Shown here: positions 1 through 8,747 of the stretch, in pieces
Numbering within the stretch: the stretch's first letter is position 1
How the letters are laid out: every line of letters begins with the position of its first letter
Assembly: GCA_041914845.1 (NCBI GenBank)
Contig: JAYSCP010000004.1
Span: forward strand, 184,693 to 208,692
Source: Alteromonadaceae bacterium
GTDB taxonomy: Bacteria; Pseudomonadota; Gammaproteobacteria; Enterobacterales; Alteromonadaceae
Direction of reading: 5' to 3'
DNA length: 24,000 bases
Notes under the pieces: model-generated
Seen by the model: the letters and a program-made list of their open reading frames with translations, nothing else
Told to the model about the DNA's origin: nothing
Database searches by the model: none
Translations under genes and position numbers: made by a program

Positions 1-1
1 T

Positions 2-2368
2 AAGGGGCTTTTCTTACTCCATAGTGACGGTTCATTAACCCCACCAGAATTTGCGCCAAAGCTTGGGCAAACTGAGATTCTAAAACTTTATGTTGATCAA
101 TTACAAAATCTTTGGGTGTCGACCTATGATGCGCTTTTTCGTATTCATCAGAGCCAAATAAAAGAAACAATTCAAAGGAGTAATTCTGCAACAACTCAAT
201 GGGTTGTTAGCGCTTATGAAGATAATGATGGTTATCTCTGGCTCGGCAGCAAATCAAGTGGTCTTACTCGATTACGACAAGATTCCACTCGAAATTACGG
301 GGTTGAAGAAGGACTTGTTGACCCATTTACTTGGACCATTTTACCTATTAATGAAAGACTGTTAGTGGGGCATAATCAGGGACTCGCTGAATTCATTGAT
401 GGCAAATTTGTTCATATGGATATTACTGGTGAACTAAAAAACAAGGTTATTTACACCATGTTTGCCGATTCAAAAAATCAATTGTGGCTTGGCACTCGGA
501 ACGGACTCTTTATAGCTAATTTGAAAGAAAATGAAGTCCATTTAAAGCATAGTTTTCCGCAACTGGCACACACACAAATCAACGGCATTGTAGAAGATAA
601 AGCAGATACCATTTGGATTGCCAGTTACGATGGTCTCTATCGGTTTTCACAAAAAAATTTGTCGCTTATAAATGAAAGTTCTGGATTAACCAATCGTAAG
701 ATCCGCTTTGTATATATAGACAAAACTAACAGGCTTTGGGTTGGTACTGAACATGGATTGTTTCTCCGTGATAATGATAAATTTGTTTCAGTCGGAGATG
801 ACCTGCTAAAACGGTCACATATTACCTTCATTGGTGAATCTATCGATAGCAAAAGTCTCTTGGTTGGCACATTTCAAAATGGTTTTGCAACCTTGGCTAA
901 TGAGCGCATCAGATGGTTTTCTCATGAACAAGGTAATCCCGTAAAAAGTGTATTATTCATGGCTGTTGTAAACAATGCTTATTTGATTTCATCTTCAGAT
1001 GGTGTGTACGCGTTTCCAGCAGACGAACTTGCAATAAGCTCAACATTTTCCCCAAACGTGATTCTGCTTGATAAAGGTGCAAGTGCAAAGGCTGATAGCT
1101 ATCGTTGTTGCAACGGTGCGGGCAACGCAAAAGGCGCGGTATGGCAAAATAAGATTTGGTTACCGACATTAGCTGGGATTGTTTCTGTTGATGCTGACAA
1201 ACTATTATCTGCAACCCGCATCCCCAAACCAGTCTTTGATGGCCTTTATACCAATAACAGAAAATATTTGGATTTGGTCAACAAACTGCCATCAAATGCC
1301 AGAGATTGGCGGATTGATTTTACTGCGCCAATATTTTATCGAGCTTCCTCATTAATCTTTCGATATCAACTGAAAGGTTATGATGCAAATTGGCACGAGG
1401 TTGAAGGCAGACGGCAGGCGTTTTATACCAATTTACCGCCCGGCAGCTATGAATTCGTTGTACAGAGTCGTTACTTAGGTGAGAAAAACTGGAGTCAGCC
1501 ATTAACTATTTTGATTGAGTTAGATGCTTACTGGTATGAATCTCAGTGGGTCAAGTTATTAATTTTCATATTATTTCTTGGTGCTTGTTATGCAACATAT
1601 CTGCTAAGAATGAAGCATCTTGCGAATACGAAGGCTAAATTAGAGGCCCTAGTTGAAGCGCGGACTCAGGAATTAGCGCTGACGAACATGAAGCTTTCAG
1701 AATTAAACAACAAGTTAGAACAGGCAAGCCATACTGATACTCTCACTTCATTGCATAATCGCCGCTATTTGAACAAATGGCTGGATATAGTCAATAATCA
1801 GCATACGGAGAAGTTGCCACCTTTGCAGATAATCTTGATTGATCTCGATAATTTTAAACAAATTAACGATCAACTCGGCCATTTAGTCGGCGACAAAATA
1901 TTGGTCGCAATGGCTAATCTGCTCAAGCAAGAAGTAAGAAGTACAGATCATATTGTGCGTTGGGGGGGAGAAGAGTTTCTGGTGATCCAGGAAAATTCAT
2001 TGTCTTCAAGAGAGTTTATCACACGCTTGACGAGTAAAATTGAAAGCTTTGCATGGCCACACCAAGATGAAATGAAACACCCAGTTCGCTGTTCAATGGG
2101 CGTTGTACAACACCCCGCAATTAATGATTCAACATGGAATTGGGACGCAACACTTACTTTAGCCGATAAGGCTTTATACTTAGTAAAAACACATGGTAAG
2201 GCAGGGTGGTTGCAATTGACGCCAAACACGAACAGTCCTGCTAATCTAGCAGAATTAATGGTTAATTATTCGGAAATGGAGTTGATACAACAGAACTGGT
2301 TGTCATTAGCAGGCAGTGAAGGTGTAATTAATAGCATTACCAAACAATTCAAACCGTCAGATTTATAA
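2..2368 (+). CDS. Sensor diguanylate cyclase (periplasmic beta-propeller repeats + Y_Y_Y domain + TM + GGDEF), 5'-truncated by the window edge
   Basis: The frame is open from nt 2 up to the track's GTG at 116. The extra residues (KGLFLLHSDGSL...QNLWVSTYD) continue the same repeat, so the gene runs off the window. It has repeated LWLGT/LWVGT..GL propeller-type repeats and a Y_Y_Y-like segment (FRYQLKGYDANWHEV...GSYEFVVQS). There is a single TM helix WVKLLIFILFLGACYATYLL (about 1547-1606), then a coiled coil. The GGDEF domain carries GGEEF (1964-1978) and an RxxD I-site, RSTD (1937-1948), five residues upstream. Confidence 0.85.
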   Translation, partial: KGLFLLHSDGSLTPPEFAPKLGQTEILKLYVDQLQNLWVSTYDALFRIHQSQIKETIQRSNSATTQWVVSAYEDNDGYLWLGSKSSGLTRLRQDSTRNYGVEEGLVDPFTWTILPINERLLVGHNQGLAEFIDGKFVHMDITGELKNKVIYTMFADSKNQLWLGTRNGLFIANLKENEVHLKHSFPQLAHTQINGIVEDKADTIWIASYDGLYRFSQKNLSLINESSGLTNRKIRFVYIDKTNRLWVGTEHGLFLRDNDKFVSVGDDLLKRSHITFIGESIDSKSLLVGTFQNGFATLANERIRWFSHEQGNPVKSVLFMAVVNNAYLISSSDGVYAFPADELAISSTFSPNVILLDKGASAKADSYRCCNGAGNAKGAVWQNKIWLPTLAGIVSVDADKLLSATRIPKPVFDGLYTNNRKYLDLVNKLPSNARDWRIDFTAPIFYRASSLIFRYQLKGYDANWHEVEGRRQAFYTNLPPGSYEFVVQSRYLGEKNWSQPLTILIELDAYWYESQWVKLLIFILFLGACYATYLLRMKHLANTKAKLEALVEARTQELALTNMKLSELNNKLEQASHTDTLTSLHNRRYLNKWLDIVNNQHTEKLPPLQIILIDLDNFKQINDQLGHLVGDKILVAMANLLKQEVRSTDHIVRWGGEEFLVIQENSLSSREFITRLTSKIESFAWPHQDEMKHPVRCSMGVVQHPAINDSTWNWDATLTLADKALYLVKTHGKAGWLQLTPNTNSPANLAELMVNYSEMELIQQNWLSLAGSEGVINSITKQFKPSDL

Positions 2369-3935
2369 TTTGAGAAAAATCATCCGCATCTTGGAGCTGA
2401 TGGCTGATGACTAGGCAAATTTTATCCGTTGCGCGTTGTTTGATCCTAGCCAAAATTCTTAACGATTGCGCTGCTGCTAATCCTGCAAAAGGCTCATCTA
2501 ATAGCAAAAGTGAGGCCGAATTTAGTAAACACCTCGCGAGGGCAAAGCGGCGTAATTCGCCGCCAGATAACCCGCTATCATGCTGTTCAATATAGGCATT
2601 TAAATCACTTTGATAGCGGTTAAACCAATCATCTAATTCAACCAACTTAAGTACTTCAAGTAACTCTGCGTCGCTTGCATGTCTGTTGCCTATCCGCAGA
2701 TTTGCCGCAATGGTCATATTGAAAATATAGGGATGTTGATCTAACCAACTTATTTTAGTTGTGTTTGTCAGCAATTCGCCACTGGTAATTTGTAACTCGC
2801 CAAATATGGTAGCGAATAAACTAGATTTTCCACAGCCTGAGGCACCACGAATTAATACAATATCACCCGAGTTAAAACAAAATGACAAAGCGCTAACTCT
2901 GCTAAATTGCCACTCGAGCGCTAGTGCTTTCAGATAAAACGCACCATTATTTGGTTTTGGTGTTTCTGCATCCTCAAACCTAACCAAATCCGGTTGACTT
3001 GTTAACTGCCGCAACCGACTGACGGCCGCGCGATAATTCCCGTAAACAATATGGGCGTGGCTTAGTGGCGCTAACAGCTCGTTAAGACCTATCACCGCCA
3101 AGCAACAGGCTACCACTAGTGCTGGCGATATCGAATTTGTATTACTTAATATCAGGAATGATAGGGCGATTAATACCAACTGCTGCAATGCAGAATATAA
3201 AGCACTAGTGCGCTGCAGCAATTGCTGATTGTTTGCGATCTCAGCTTCAGTTTTGGCAAACTGCTGTAAAAAGGTAAGATTTTGCCCAAGCATTGTGAGT
3301 GTATTCAAACCTGTCATCTGCTCGAGCATTTCTTCTCGGCGATTACTTTGTGTTAATGCATCATTCAACGCAAGATGACTTGCCGACATCAATTGCCAGC
3401 AAGGAAGCACAATTAGAAGCATCGACCAGCCGATAAAAAGCTGCAATGTTATTGCCGGCATCCACCACATCAGAAAACCTGTCACGACGCTGACCACCAC
3501 CGCAGCCCAACAGAAAGGTAGAAACAACTTTAACGGATATTGATCTAGCACATCGATATCTGAAACCAATTGCTGCAGTAAATTAAAGCGTCCAGCACGA
3601 ATTGCGGCATACGGGTTAAAATTCCGGCTTAGCCTATGGAAACACTTTAGTCTAAGAACTTTCAGTAGCTGCAATATGGTGTAGTGAGACTGCAAACGTT
3701 CAGCATACCGTCCTGCGGTTCGAGTAATAGCCAATAGCCTTATAACAGCACCCGGGCGTAGATAATTAAAAAGTCCTGCTTGTGTTCCTGCGACCCCTGC
3801 AATTGCTGCTGCGCTGATAAACCAACCAGAATAAGCTAATAATGCGATCCCACTGGTGAGAGTCAACAGGCCTAAAATGAAACTTAGTAACCAAAATCCT
3901 TTGGCATTTCGCAACAATTGAAAAATGCTAAACAT
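2349..3935 (-). CDS. cydC: Cysteine/glutathione ABC exporter subunit CydC (cytochrome bd assembly)
   Basis: TM domain plus NBD with Walker A GASGCGKSS, signature LSGGELRR, Walker B LLLLDEP and H-loop ISHQ. The N-terminal YSGWFISAAAIAGVAG and TRTAGRYAERL resemble E. coli CydC as I recall it. It lies directly downstream of cydD. The track start at 3941 is TTG; the ATG at 3935 is preferred and overlaps the cydD stop (3928-3930) by 8 nt. Confidence 0.9.
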   Translation of the reverse strand: MFSIFQLLRNAKGFWLLSFILGLLTLTSGIALLAYSGWFISAAAIAGVAGTQAGLFNYLRPGAVIRLLAITRTAGRYAERLQSHYTILQLLKVLRLKCFHRLSRNFNPYAAIRAGRFNLLQQLVSDIDVLDQYPLKLFLPFCWAAVVVSVVTGFLMWWMPAITLQLFIGWSMLLIVLPCWQLMSASHLALNDALTQSNRREEMLEQMTGLNTLTMLGQNLTFLQQFAKTEAEIANNQQLLQRTSALYSALQQLVLIALSFLILSNTNSISPALVVACCLAVIGLNELLAPLSHAHIVYGNYRAAVSRLRQLTSQPDLVRFEDAETPKPNNGAFYLKALALEWQFSRVSALSFCFNSGDIVLIRGASGCGKSSLFATIFGELQITSGELLTNTTKISWLDQHPYIFNMTIAANLRIGNRHASDAELLEVLKLVELDDWFNRYQSDLNAYIEQHDSGLSGGELRRFALARCLLNSASLLLLDEPFAGLAAAQSLRILARIKQRATDKICLVISHQLQDADDFSQIINLTV

Positions 3936-5586
3936 CAACAACCTCTTTTAGGTAGCCATGGCCATCTTCAATGAAATTTTTCGGTATAAGCTGAAACCGA
4001 TGCGTCAACCATTCGAGATGCTCAAGCTGGTGACTGACTAAAATAACAGTCTTATGCTTAGCACAGCGCTGAATTAATAAAATCAGTGCTTTGGCGTTAT
4101 CTGGATCTAGATGTACCCATGGCTCATCTAACAGCCATATTGGTTTTTCTGAAAGTAACAAACGCGCTACAGCAAGTCGCTGCTGCTCACCGCCAGATAA
4201 ATTTGCCGCATTATCAATTAACTGGAGTTGCAGAAAATCTGTAAAATTACGCGATGAAGAGATTAATCCAACCTCACAAAGGGACTGATATAACTGTTCA
4301 TCAGAGACATTTGGGTTAACTATTCGCAAATTATTGGCAATTGTCCCTGGAAGAAACTCCGGTTTTTGATGTAAGTAGCCAATGTTTTGTCGCCATTGTT
4401 CAATATTGATTTCGTTAAATAATAAGCCTGCAACTTTAATGTTTCCTTGCCATTGCCAAAATCCGCACAAAAGCTGTAAAAGTGTGGTTTTACCGCTACC
4501 ACTATTTCCAGTAATCAACCAATGCTGACCGGCTTTTATGGTTAAATTGGAGATTTGAAGTCTTGGCTGCTGTTCAGATCCTACAACAACATCGTGGAAA
4601 ACAATTTCACTATTATCTTTCCATTCAATGGCTGAATCACCGGCAATAAACGGTTGTGAAGGCGCTTGCCATAACTGATATAAATCTGCGGTGGCCGCAA
4701 CTGCGAGTGCTTTGGCATGATAATCAGCGCCAAGTTGACGCAGCGGGGCATAAAACTCCGGAGCTAGCAGCAGGATAAACAAGGCTGGTTGATAGCTCAC
4801 AGCGACCTGAGCGCGATGCCAAGGTAATTCACCGATGAGACCAAGCCCCAAATACAATGCAACTAACGCTATCGCAAGACTGCTAAACAACTCCAATACT
4901 GCTGTTGATAAAAAGGCCATCCTGAGTACTTTAAAACTACTTTTTTGGAATTCTACTGCGGACTTTTCTAATTGCTTTTCAGCAATATCAAGCGCTTTAA
5001 ATTGCCGTAAGGTGCGCAAACCAAGAATGAAGTCATAAAAGCGGCCACCCATTCGCGACAGATGAGTTAATTGTTGCGCGCTCGCAAGACTCGCTTCTTT
5101 GCCGACCAAAATCATAAACACGATAACTAATGGCGCGGTCAGCACCATGATTATTGCTGAAAATAAGCTATACCAACAAACCGCAATGCTAATGAGCAGG
5201 GGAGTTACCACTACCAAAAACTGCTGTACCCAATAGCGGCTAATAAACCCATCCAAAGCGTCGACTTTTTCAAGCACCAAAGTGCTCAACTCGCTGTCTG
5301 TACCAAAAGACTTTCTTAGCGGACCGGCCACAATAAGTTTTTTCAGCAATTCGTTGCGGATGAGCTGTCGTAGTTGCAGACTTGCGTCCAAACAAATTTG
5401 CTGTTTATTTTCAAGTAACACAACCCGAAAAAACCACGCAGATACAAAAAGCAGAAGCTCAAATTCTGGCAGGGTCAAGTCATGGATCAGCTGATTTGCG
5501 ACATGAGACAAAGCCCACATTTGGCCTATAAGACAAAAGACACTTAAAGTCGCGAACAAAGCCGCACTGCGCAGCGGCTTTATCAC
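3928..5586 (-). CDS. cydD: Cysteine/glutathione ABC exporter subunit CydD (cytochrome bd assembly)
   Basis: Walker A GNSGSGKTT, signature LSGGEQQR, Walker B WLLDEP, H-loop VSHQ. The segment LAPEFYAPLRQLGADYHAKA matches the conserved CydD segment (E. coli LAPEFFQPLRDLGTFYHAKA, from memory). The GTG start at 5586 has only a weak SD, so the exact start is uncertain. Confidence 0.9.
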   Translation of the reverse strand: MIKPLRSAALFATLSVFCLIGQMWALSHVANQLIHDLTLPEFELLLFVSAWFFRVVLLENKQQICLDASLQLRQLIRNELLKKLIVAGPLRKSFGTDSELSTLVLEKVDALDGFISRYWVQQFLVVVTPLLISIAVCWYSLFSAIIMVLTAPLVIVFMILVGKEASLASAQQLTHLSRMGGRFYDFILGLRTLRQFKALDIAEKQLEKSAVEFQKSSFKVLRMAFLSTAVLELFSSLAIALVALYLGLGLIGELPWHRAQVAVSYQPALFILLLAPEFYAPLRQLGADYHAKALAVAATADLYQLWQAPSQPFIAGDSAIEWKDNSEIVFHDVVVGSEQQPRLQISNLTIKAGQHWLITGNSGSGKTTLLQLLCGFWQWQGNIKVAGLLFNEINIEQWRQNIGYLHQKPEFLPGTIANNLRIVNPNVSDEQLYQSLCEVGLISSSRNFTDFLQLQLIDNAANLSGGEQQRLAVARLLLSEKPIWLLDEPWVHLDPDNAKALILLIQRCAKHKTVILVSHQLEHLEWLTHRFQLIPKNFIEDGHGYLKEVVDV

Positions 5587-5626
5587 GTTCGATACCCAAA
5601 TTTTTAAGAGCGCAGTTGCTGTTGGA

Positions 5627-5734
5627 TTAATTGTCTTGTTCTTCCGCGTAACCGTTTAGTTCCAGCCACATCGCATTAATGATGCCGAATGAACATGCCA
5701 GTAAAACTCCAAGTATCCAAGCAAAATACCACAT
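5627..5734 (-). CDS. cydX: Cytochrome bd-I small subunit CydX (35 aa), absent from the ORF track
   Basis: Hand translation of the minus strand from the ATG (5732-5734) gives MWYFAWILGVLLACSFGIINAMWLELNGYAEEQDN, then TAA (5627-5629). The first 17 residues are almost identical to E. coli CydX (MWYFAWILGTLLACSFG..., from memory). A strong SD overlaps the cydB stop: TAAGGAGTCGACC-ATG. Confidence 0.85.
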   Translation of the reverse strand: MWYFAWILGVLLACSFGIINAMWLELNGYAEEQDN

Positions 5735-5744
5735 GGTCGACTCC

Positions 5745-6881
5745 TTAATACAGTGAATGAGTGTTGTCCTGAATGGTCTTTTCATTCAGGCGGCCAAACA
5801 TTTTCGCATAACTCCAAATTGTATAACCGAGCACAATTGGCACGAAAATACAGGCAACAATGAACATAATTTTTAAAGTAAGTTCGCTGGAAGTGGCATC
5901 CCACATTGTTAAGCTATGTGCTGGGTTTGAACTTGAAGGCATGACAAATGGAAACATCGAAACACCACAAGTTAAAATGACGCCTGCTTGACCGAGCGAC
6001 GATAATACAAAGGCAAGTGCGCCTTTTCCAGCTTTACTGAGCAGACCGGCAAGCGCGAACGCAGCAACACCTAATACTGGGAAAGCCCACAAAATTGGTG
6101 CATCAGCATAGTTTTGCAGCCAAGCACCCGCTTTGACTTCAACAGTTTTGCTGACAGCATTATTGATAGCATTGTGATCAATTACGCTTGTCACCACATA
6201 GCCATCGATGCCAGAACTGAGCCAAACGCCTGCAAGGACGAACAATAAAGCTGCGCCAAGACCAGAAATTAATCCAACTGCTTGACTACGTTTTAGTACA
6301 TCGCCTTCAGTTTTCATTTGCAAATAGGCGGCACCTTGGCTAACAAACATTAGAAGACTTAATACCCCAACCAACAAGGCAAACGGATTTAGCAGCGCTA
6401 AAAACGAGCCGGTATAGATGATTCTTAACAGTTCATCAAAATGAAATGGCACCCCAATCAACAGGTTACCAAAGGCAACACCAAAGATAATTGGCGGGAC
6501 CGAAGAGCCGAATGTCAACGCCCAATCCCAGTTACTCCGCCATTTTGGTGAATCCAACTTAGAACGATAATCAAAACCGATAGGGCGCATATACAAGGCA
6601 ACCAAGGTTAAAATCATCGCCAAGTAAAAACCACTAAATGAGGTCGCATAAACTGGTGGCCAAGCGGCAAATAATGCACCGCCTGCGGTGATTAACCAGA
6701 CTTGGTTGCCATCCCAGTGCGGCGCTACTGCGTTGATCATAACTCGGCGTTCATTGTCTGTTTTACCGACAATTTTTAGCAAGGCTCCGACCCCCATATC
6801 AAAACCATCTGTTACGGCAAAGCCAATTAACAGTACGCCAATTAACAACCACCAAATAAATCTTAAAAATTCATAATCCAT
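5745..6881 (-). CDS. cydB: Cytochrome bd ubiquinol oxidase subunit II
   Basis: MDYEFLRFIWWLLIGVLLIGFAVTDGFDMGVG matches the E. coli CydB N-terminus (MIDYEVLRFIWWLL...). The ATG at 6879-6881 sits 1 nt after the cydA stop (6883-6885). The 25 upstream codons in the track ORF overlap cydA and are rejected. Confidence 0.95.
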   Translation of the reverse strand: MDYEFLRFIWWLLIGVLLIGFAVTDGFDMGVGALLKIVGKTDNERRVMINAVAPHWDGNQVWLITAGGALFAAWPPVYATSFSGFYLAMILTLVALYMRPIGFDYRSKLDSPKWRSNWDWALTFGSSVPPIIFGVAFGNLLIGVPFHFDELLRIIYTGSFLALLNPFALLVGVLSLLMFVSQGAAYLQMKTEGDVLKRSQAVGLISGLGAALLFVLAGVWLSSGIDGYVVTSVIDHNAINNAVSKTVEVKAGAWLQNYADAPILWAFPVLGVAAFALAGLLSKAGKGALAFVLSSLGQAGVILTCGVSMFPFVMPSSSNPAHSLTMWDATSSELTLKIMFIVACIFVPIVLGYTIWSYAKMFGRLNEKTIQDNTHSLY

Positions 6882-6882
6882 G

Positions 6883-8442
6883 TTACACCTCTTTAACCAG
6901 ACCGGTTTCCAGGTCGTACTTGCCGGTATGCAAAGATGATGGACCTTTGCGGGCAAAATGTTGCATCAACCATACTTCGATAATCAGAAATACAGTGTAG
7001 AGCGAACTGATGAGAATCAAGCTGGTCCAAACTTCTGTAACCGTCAGTCCCGATGCCGCAAGATGGGTTGGTAGAACTTCACCAACAGCCCATGGTTGAC
7101 GACCGTATTCGGCAACAAACCAACCAGCTTCGCAGGCGATCCACGGCAATGGCAGGCTAAAGAAAGCCATTTTTAATAACCACGTAGGTTTACGCTCCAA
7201 ACGTTTGGCACTGTAGTAGAAGGACATTGCAAACACGAATAGCATGATAAATCCAGCAACAACCATAATACGGAAGCTCCAAAACATCGGTGCGACATGA
7301 GGAATACTGTTATCGACGGCTTGCTGAATTTGTTCTGGTGTGGCTGATAAAGGATCTTTTGCATATGCGGTTAATAAGAGTCCATACCCTAAATCTTTTT
7401 TAACTGCATCAAATGCGGCTACAGTCTCAGCTGACTTATCACCTGCACGGAGAGCCTGTAACAACCTATACGCTTCAATACCATTAGTGATACGTACTCT
7501 GTGCTGCTCTTTTAAGTCTTTAAGTCCTATAACTTGTTCATCTAGTGAACGTGTTGCAATTAACCCCAAAGCGTAAGGTATTTTAATTGCATATTCAGTG
7601 GTCTGAGTTTCTTCATTTGGCAAACCGAAAAGCGTGAACGAAGCAGGAGCAGGGTGGGTGTCCCATTCAGCTTCAACTGCAGCAAGTTTCACCCGTTGCA
7701 CATCACCAAGCTCGTAGCCAGATTCATCACCTAAGACGATTACCGACACTGAAGCAGCTAACCCAAAAGCTGAAGCTATCGCGAAACTACGACGAGCGAA
7801 TGCAAGATCACGACCTTTCAGCATATACCAAGCAGAAATCGCCAGGACAAACATTGCACCGGTGACGTAGCCAGCAGACACTGTGTGCACGAACTTAACT
7901 TGTGCAACCGGGTTGAAAATTACTTCAGAGAAGCTTTGCATTTCCATACGCATAGTCGTGTAGTTGAATTCAGCACCAACCGGGTTTTGCATCCAACCAT
8001 TTGCAATTAAAATCCAAAGTGCTGATAAATTTGAACCTAATGCAACCAGCCAAGTTACCGCTAAATGCTGCACCTTGCTTAAGCGGTCCCAACCAAAAAA
8101 GAACAAGCCGATTAACGTAGATTCAAGGAAGAAGGCCATCAAACCCTCAATCGCCAAAGGCGCACCAAAAATATCACCTACATAATGGCTGTAATAAGAC
8201 CAGTTGGTACCAAACTGAAATTCCATGGCAATACCGGTTGTTACCCCCAATGCGAAGTTGATACCAAACAGTTTTCCCCAGAATTTGGTCATGTCACGGT
8301 ATATTTCTTTACCTGACATCACATAGACCGATTCCATAATGGCAAGAATAAATGTCATACCTAAGGTTAGAGGTACGAATAGAAAGTGGTACATCGCTGT
8401 AAAAGCAAACTGTAGTCTCGACAGGTCTATCACATCTAACAT
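6883..8442 (-). CDS. cydA: Cytochrome bd ubiquinol oxidase subunit I
   Basis: [29 protein letters not shown] matches the E. coli CydA N-terminus ([29 protein letters not shown]). The ATG at 8440-8442 is preceded by GGAG with a 9-nt spacer. The 18 upstream codons in the track ORF are rejected. Confidence 0.95.
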   Translation of the reverse strand: MLDVIDLSRLQFAFTAMYHFLFVPLTLGMTFILAIMESVYVMSGKEIYRDMTKFWGKLFGINFALGVTTGIAMEFQFGTNWSYYSHYVGDIFGAPLAIEGLMAFFLESTLIGLFFFGWDRLSKVQHLAVTWLVALGSNLSALWILIANGWMQNPVGAEFNYTTMRMEMQSFSEVIFNPVAQVKFVHTVSAGYVTGAMFVLAISAWYMLKGRDLAFARRSFAIASAFGLAASVSVIVLGDESGYELGDVQRVKLAAVEAEWDTHPAPASFTLFGLPNEETQTTEYAIKIPYALGLIATRSLDEQVIGLKDLKEQHRVRITNGIEAYRLLQALRAGDKSAETVAAFDAVKKDLGYGLLLTAYAKDPLSATPEQIQQAVDNSIPHVAPMFWSFRIMVVAGFIMLFVFAMSFYYSAKRLERKPTWLLKMAFFSLPLPWIACEAGWFVAEYGRQPWAVGEVLPTHLAASGLTVTEVWTSLILISSLYTVFLIIEVWLMQHFARKGPSSLHTGKYDLETGLVKEV

Positions 8443-8525
8443 GATGTTTCGCTCCAGAATTGAACAATGGCGCACCTTGAAGAAAGGTGGCAGCACTAAG
8501 TTACTCTATTGTCGTGAGGCAATAG

Positions 8526-8539
8526 TTGACCAGGATCAA
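8526..8539. promoter_or_regulatory. FNR/CRP-family dyad TTGAC-CAGG-ATCAA upstream of cydA
   Basis: It matches the FNR consensus TTGAT-N4-ATCAA at 9 of 10 positions. The centre is about 90 nt upstream of the cydA ATG. On the minus strand a TAACTT hexamer starts 22 nt after the box, which is the spacing of a class II promoter. Confidence 0.4.
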
Positions 8540-8710
8540 TGATTTATTATGTATATTAGAATAACTTAATTTAAAGAGTGGTTAAATTGTTTAAATTCAA
8601 TGAATTACATTCAAATGTAGCATGTGTGACATTTTGTCGCAGTTCAAATAATATTTATGATTTTGCGTCATTCACACTGATTAAAGACTAATAGGTTATT
8701 GATAATTGTC

Positions 8711-8738
8711 AAAAAAAAACCGGCATAAGCCGGTTTTA
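8711..8738 (-). terminator. Rho-independent terminator of the ETF-QO gene
   Basis: Stem CCGGC (8720-8724) pairs with GCCGG (8729-8733) around loop ATAA. On the minus strand it is followed by a run of nine T (plus-strand A9 at 8711-8719). It lies 10 nt downstream of the stop at 8748. On the plus strand only T4 follows. Confidence 0.7.
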
Positions 8739-8747
8739 AGAAAGTTT

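Noticed and set aside
637-2229. Minus-strand ORFs 637..870, 957..1214, 1320..1502 and 1948..2229.
   Set aside because: They lie antisense inside the diguanylate cyclase gene. They have no motifs and a Cys/Arg/Ser-rich shadow-frame composition.
2407-5494. ORFs 2407..2595, 4091..4288, 4835..5038 and 5282..5494 (+), and 4320..4502 (-).
   Set aside because: They are antisense or out of frame inside cydC/cydD. These are typical shadow ORFs opposite ABC-transporter genes.
6882-6956. N-terminal extensions in the track ORFs for cydB (to 6956) and likewise cydA (8443..8496).
   Set aside because: The conserved CydB and CydA N-termini begin at the internal ATGs (6881 and 8442). The cydA ATG has a good SD. 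The extensions overlap upstream sequence and do not resemble the homologues.
6688-8542. ORFs 6688..6876, 7340..7576, 7964..8185 and 8339..8542 (+), and 7173..7364 (-).
   Set aside because: They are antisense or out of frame within cydB/cydA, with no RBS or motif support.
8582-8597. Direct repeat TTAAATT (8582-8588 and 8591-8597) upstream of cydA as an ArcA-type site.
   Set aside because: The repeat period is 9 bp rather than the roughly 11-bp spacing of ArcA direct repeats. The region is generally AT-rich, so the similarity may be fortuitous.
8625-8640. CRP-like half-site TGTGA upstream of cydA.
   Set aside because: The partner half-site at N6 spacing is GTCGC instead of TCACA, so only one half matches.
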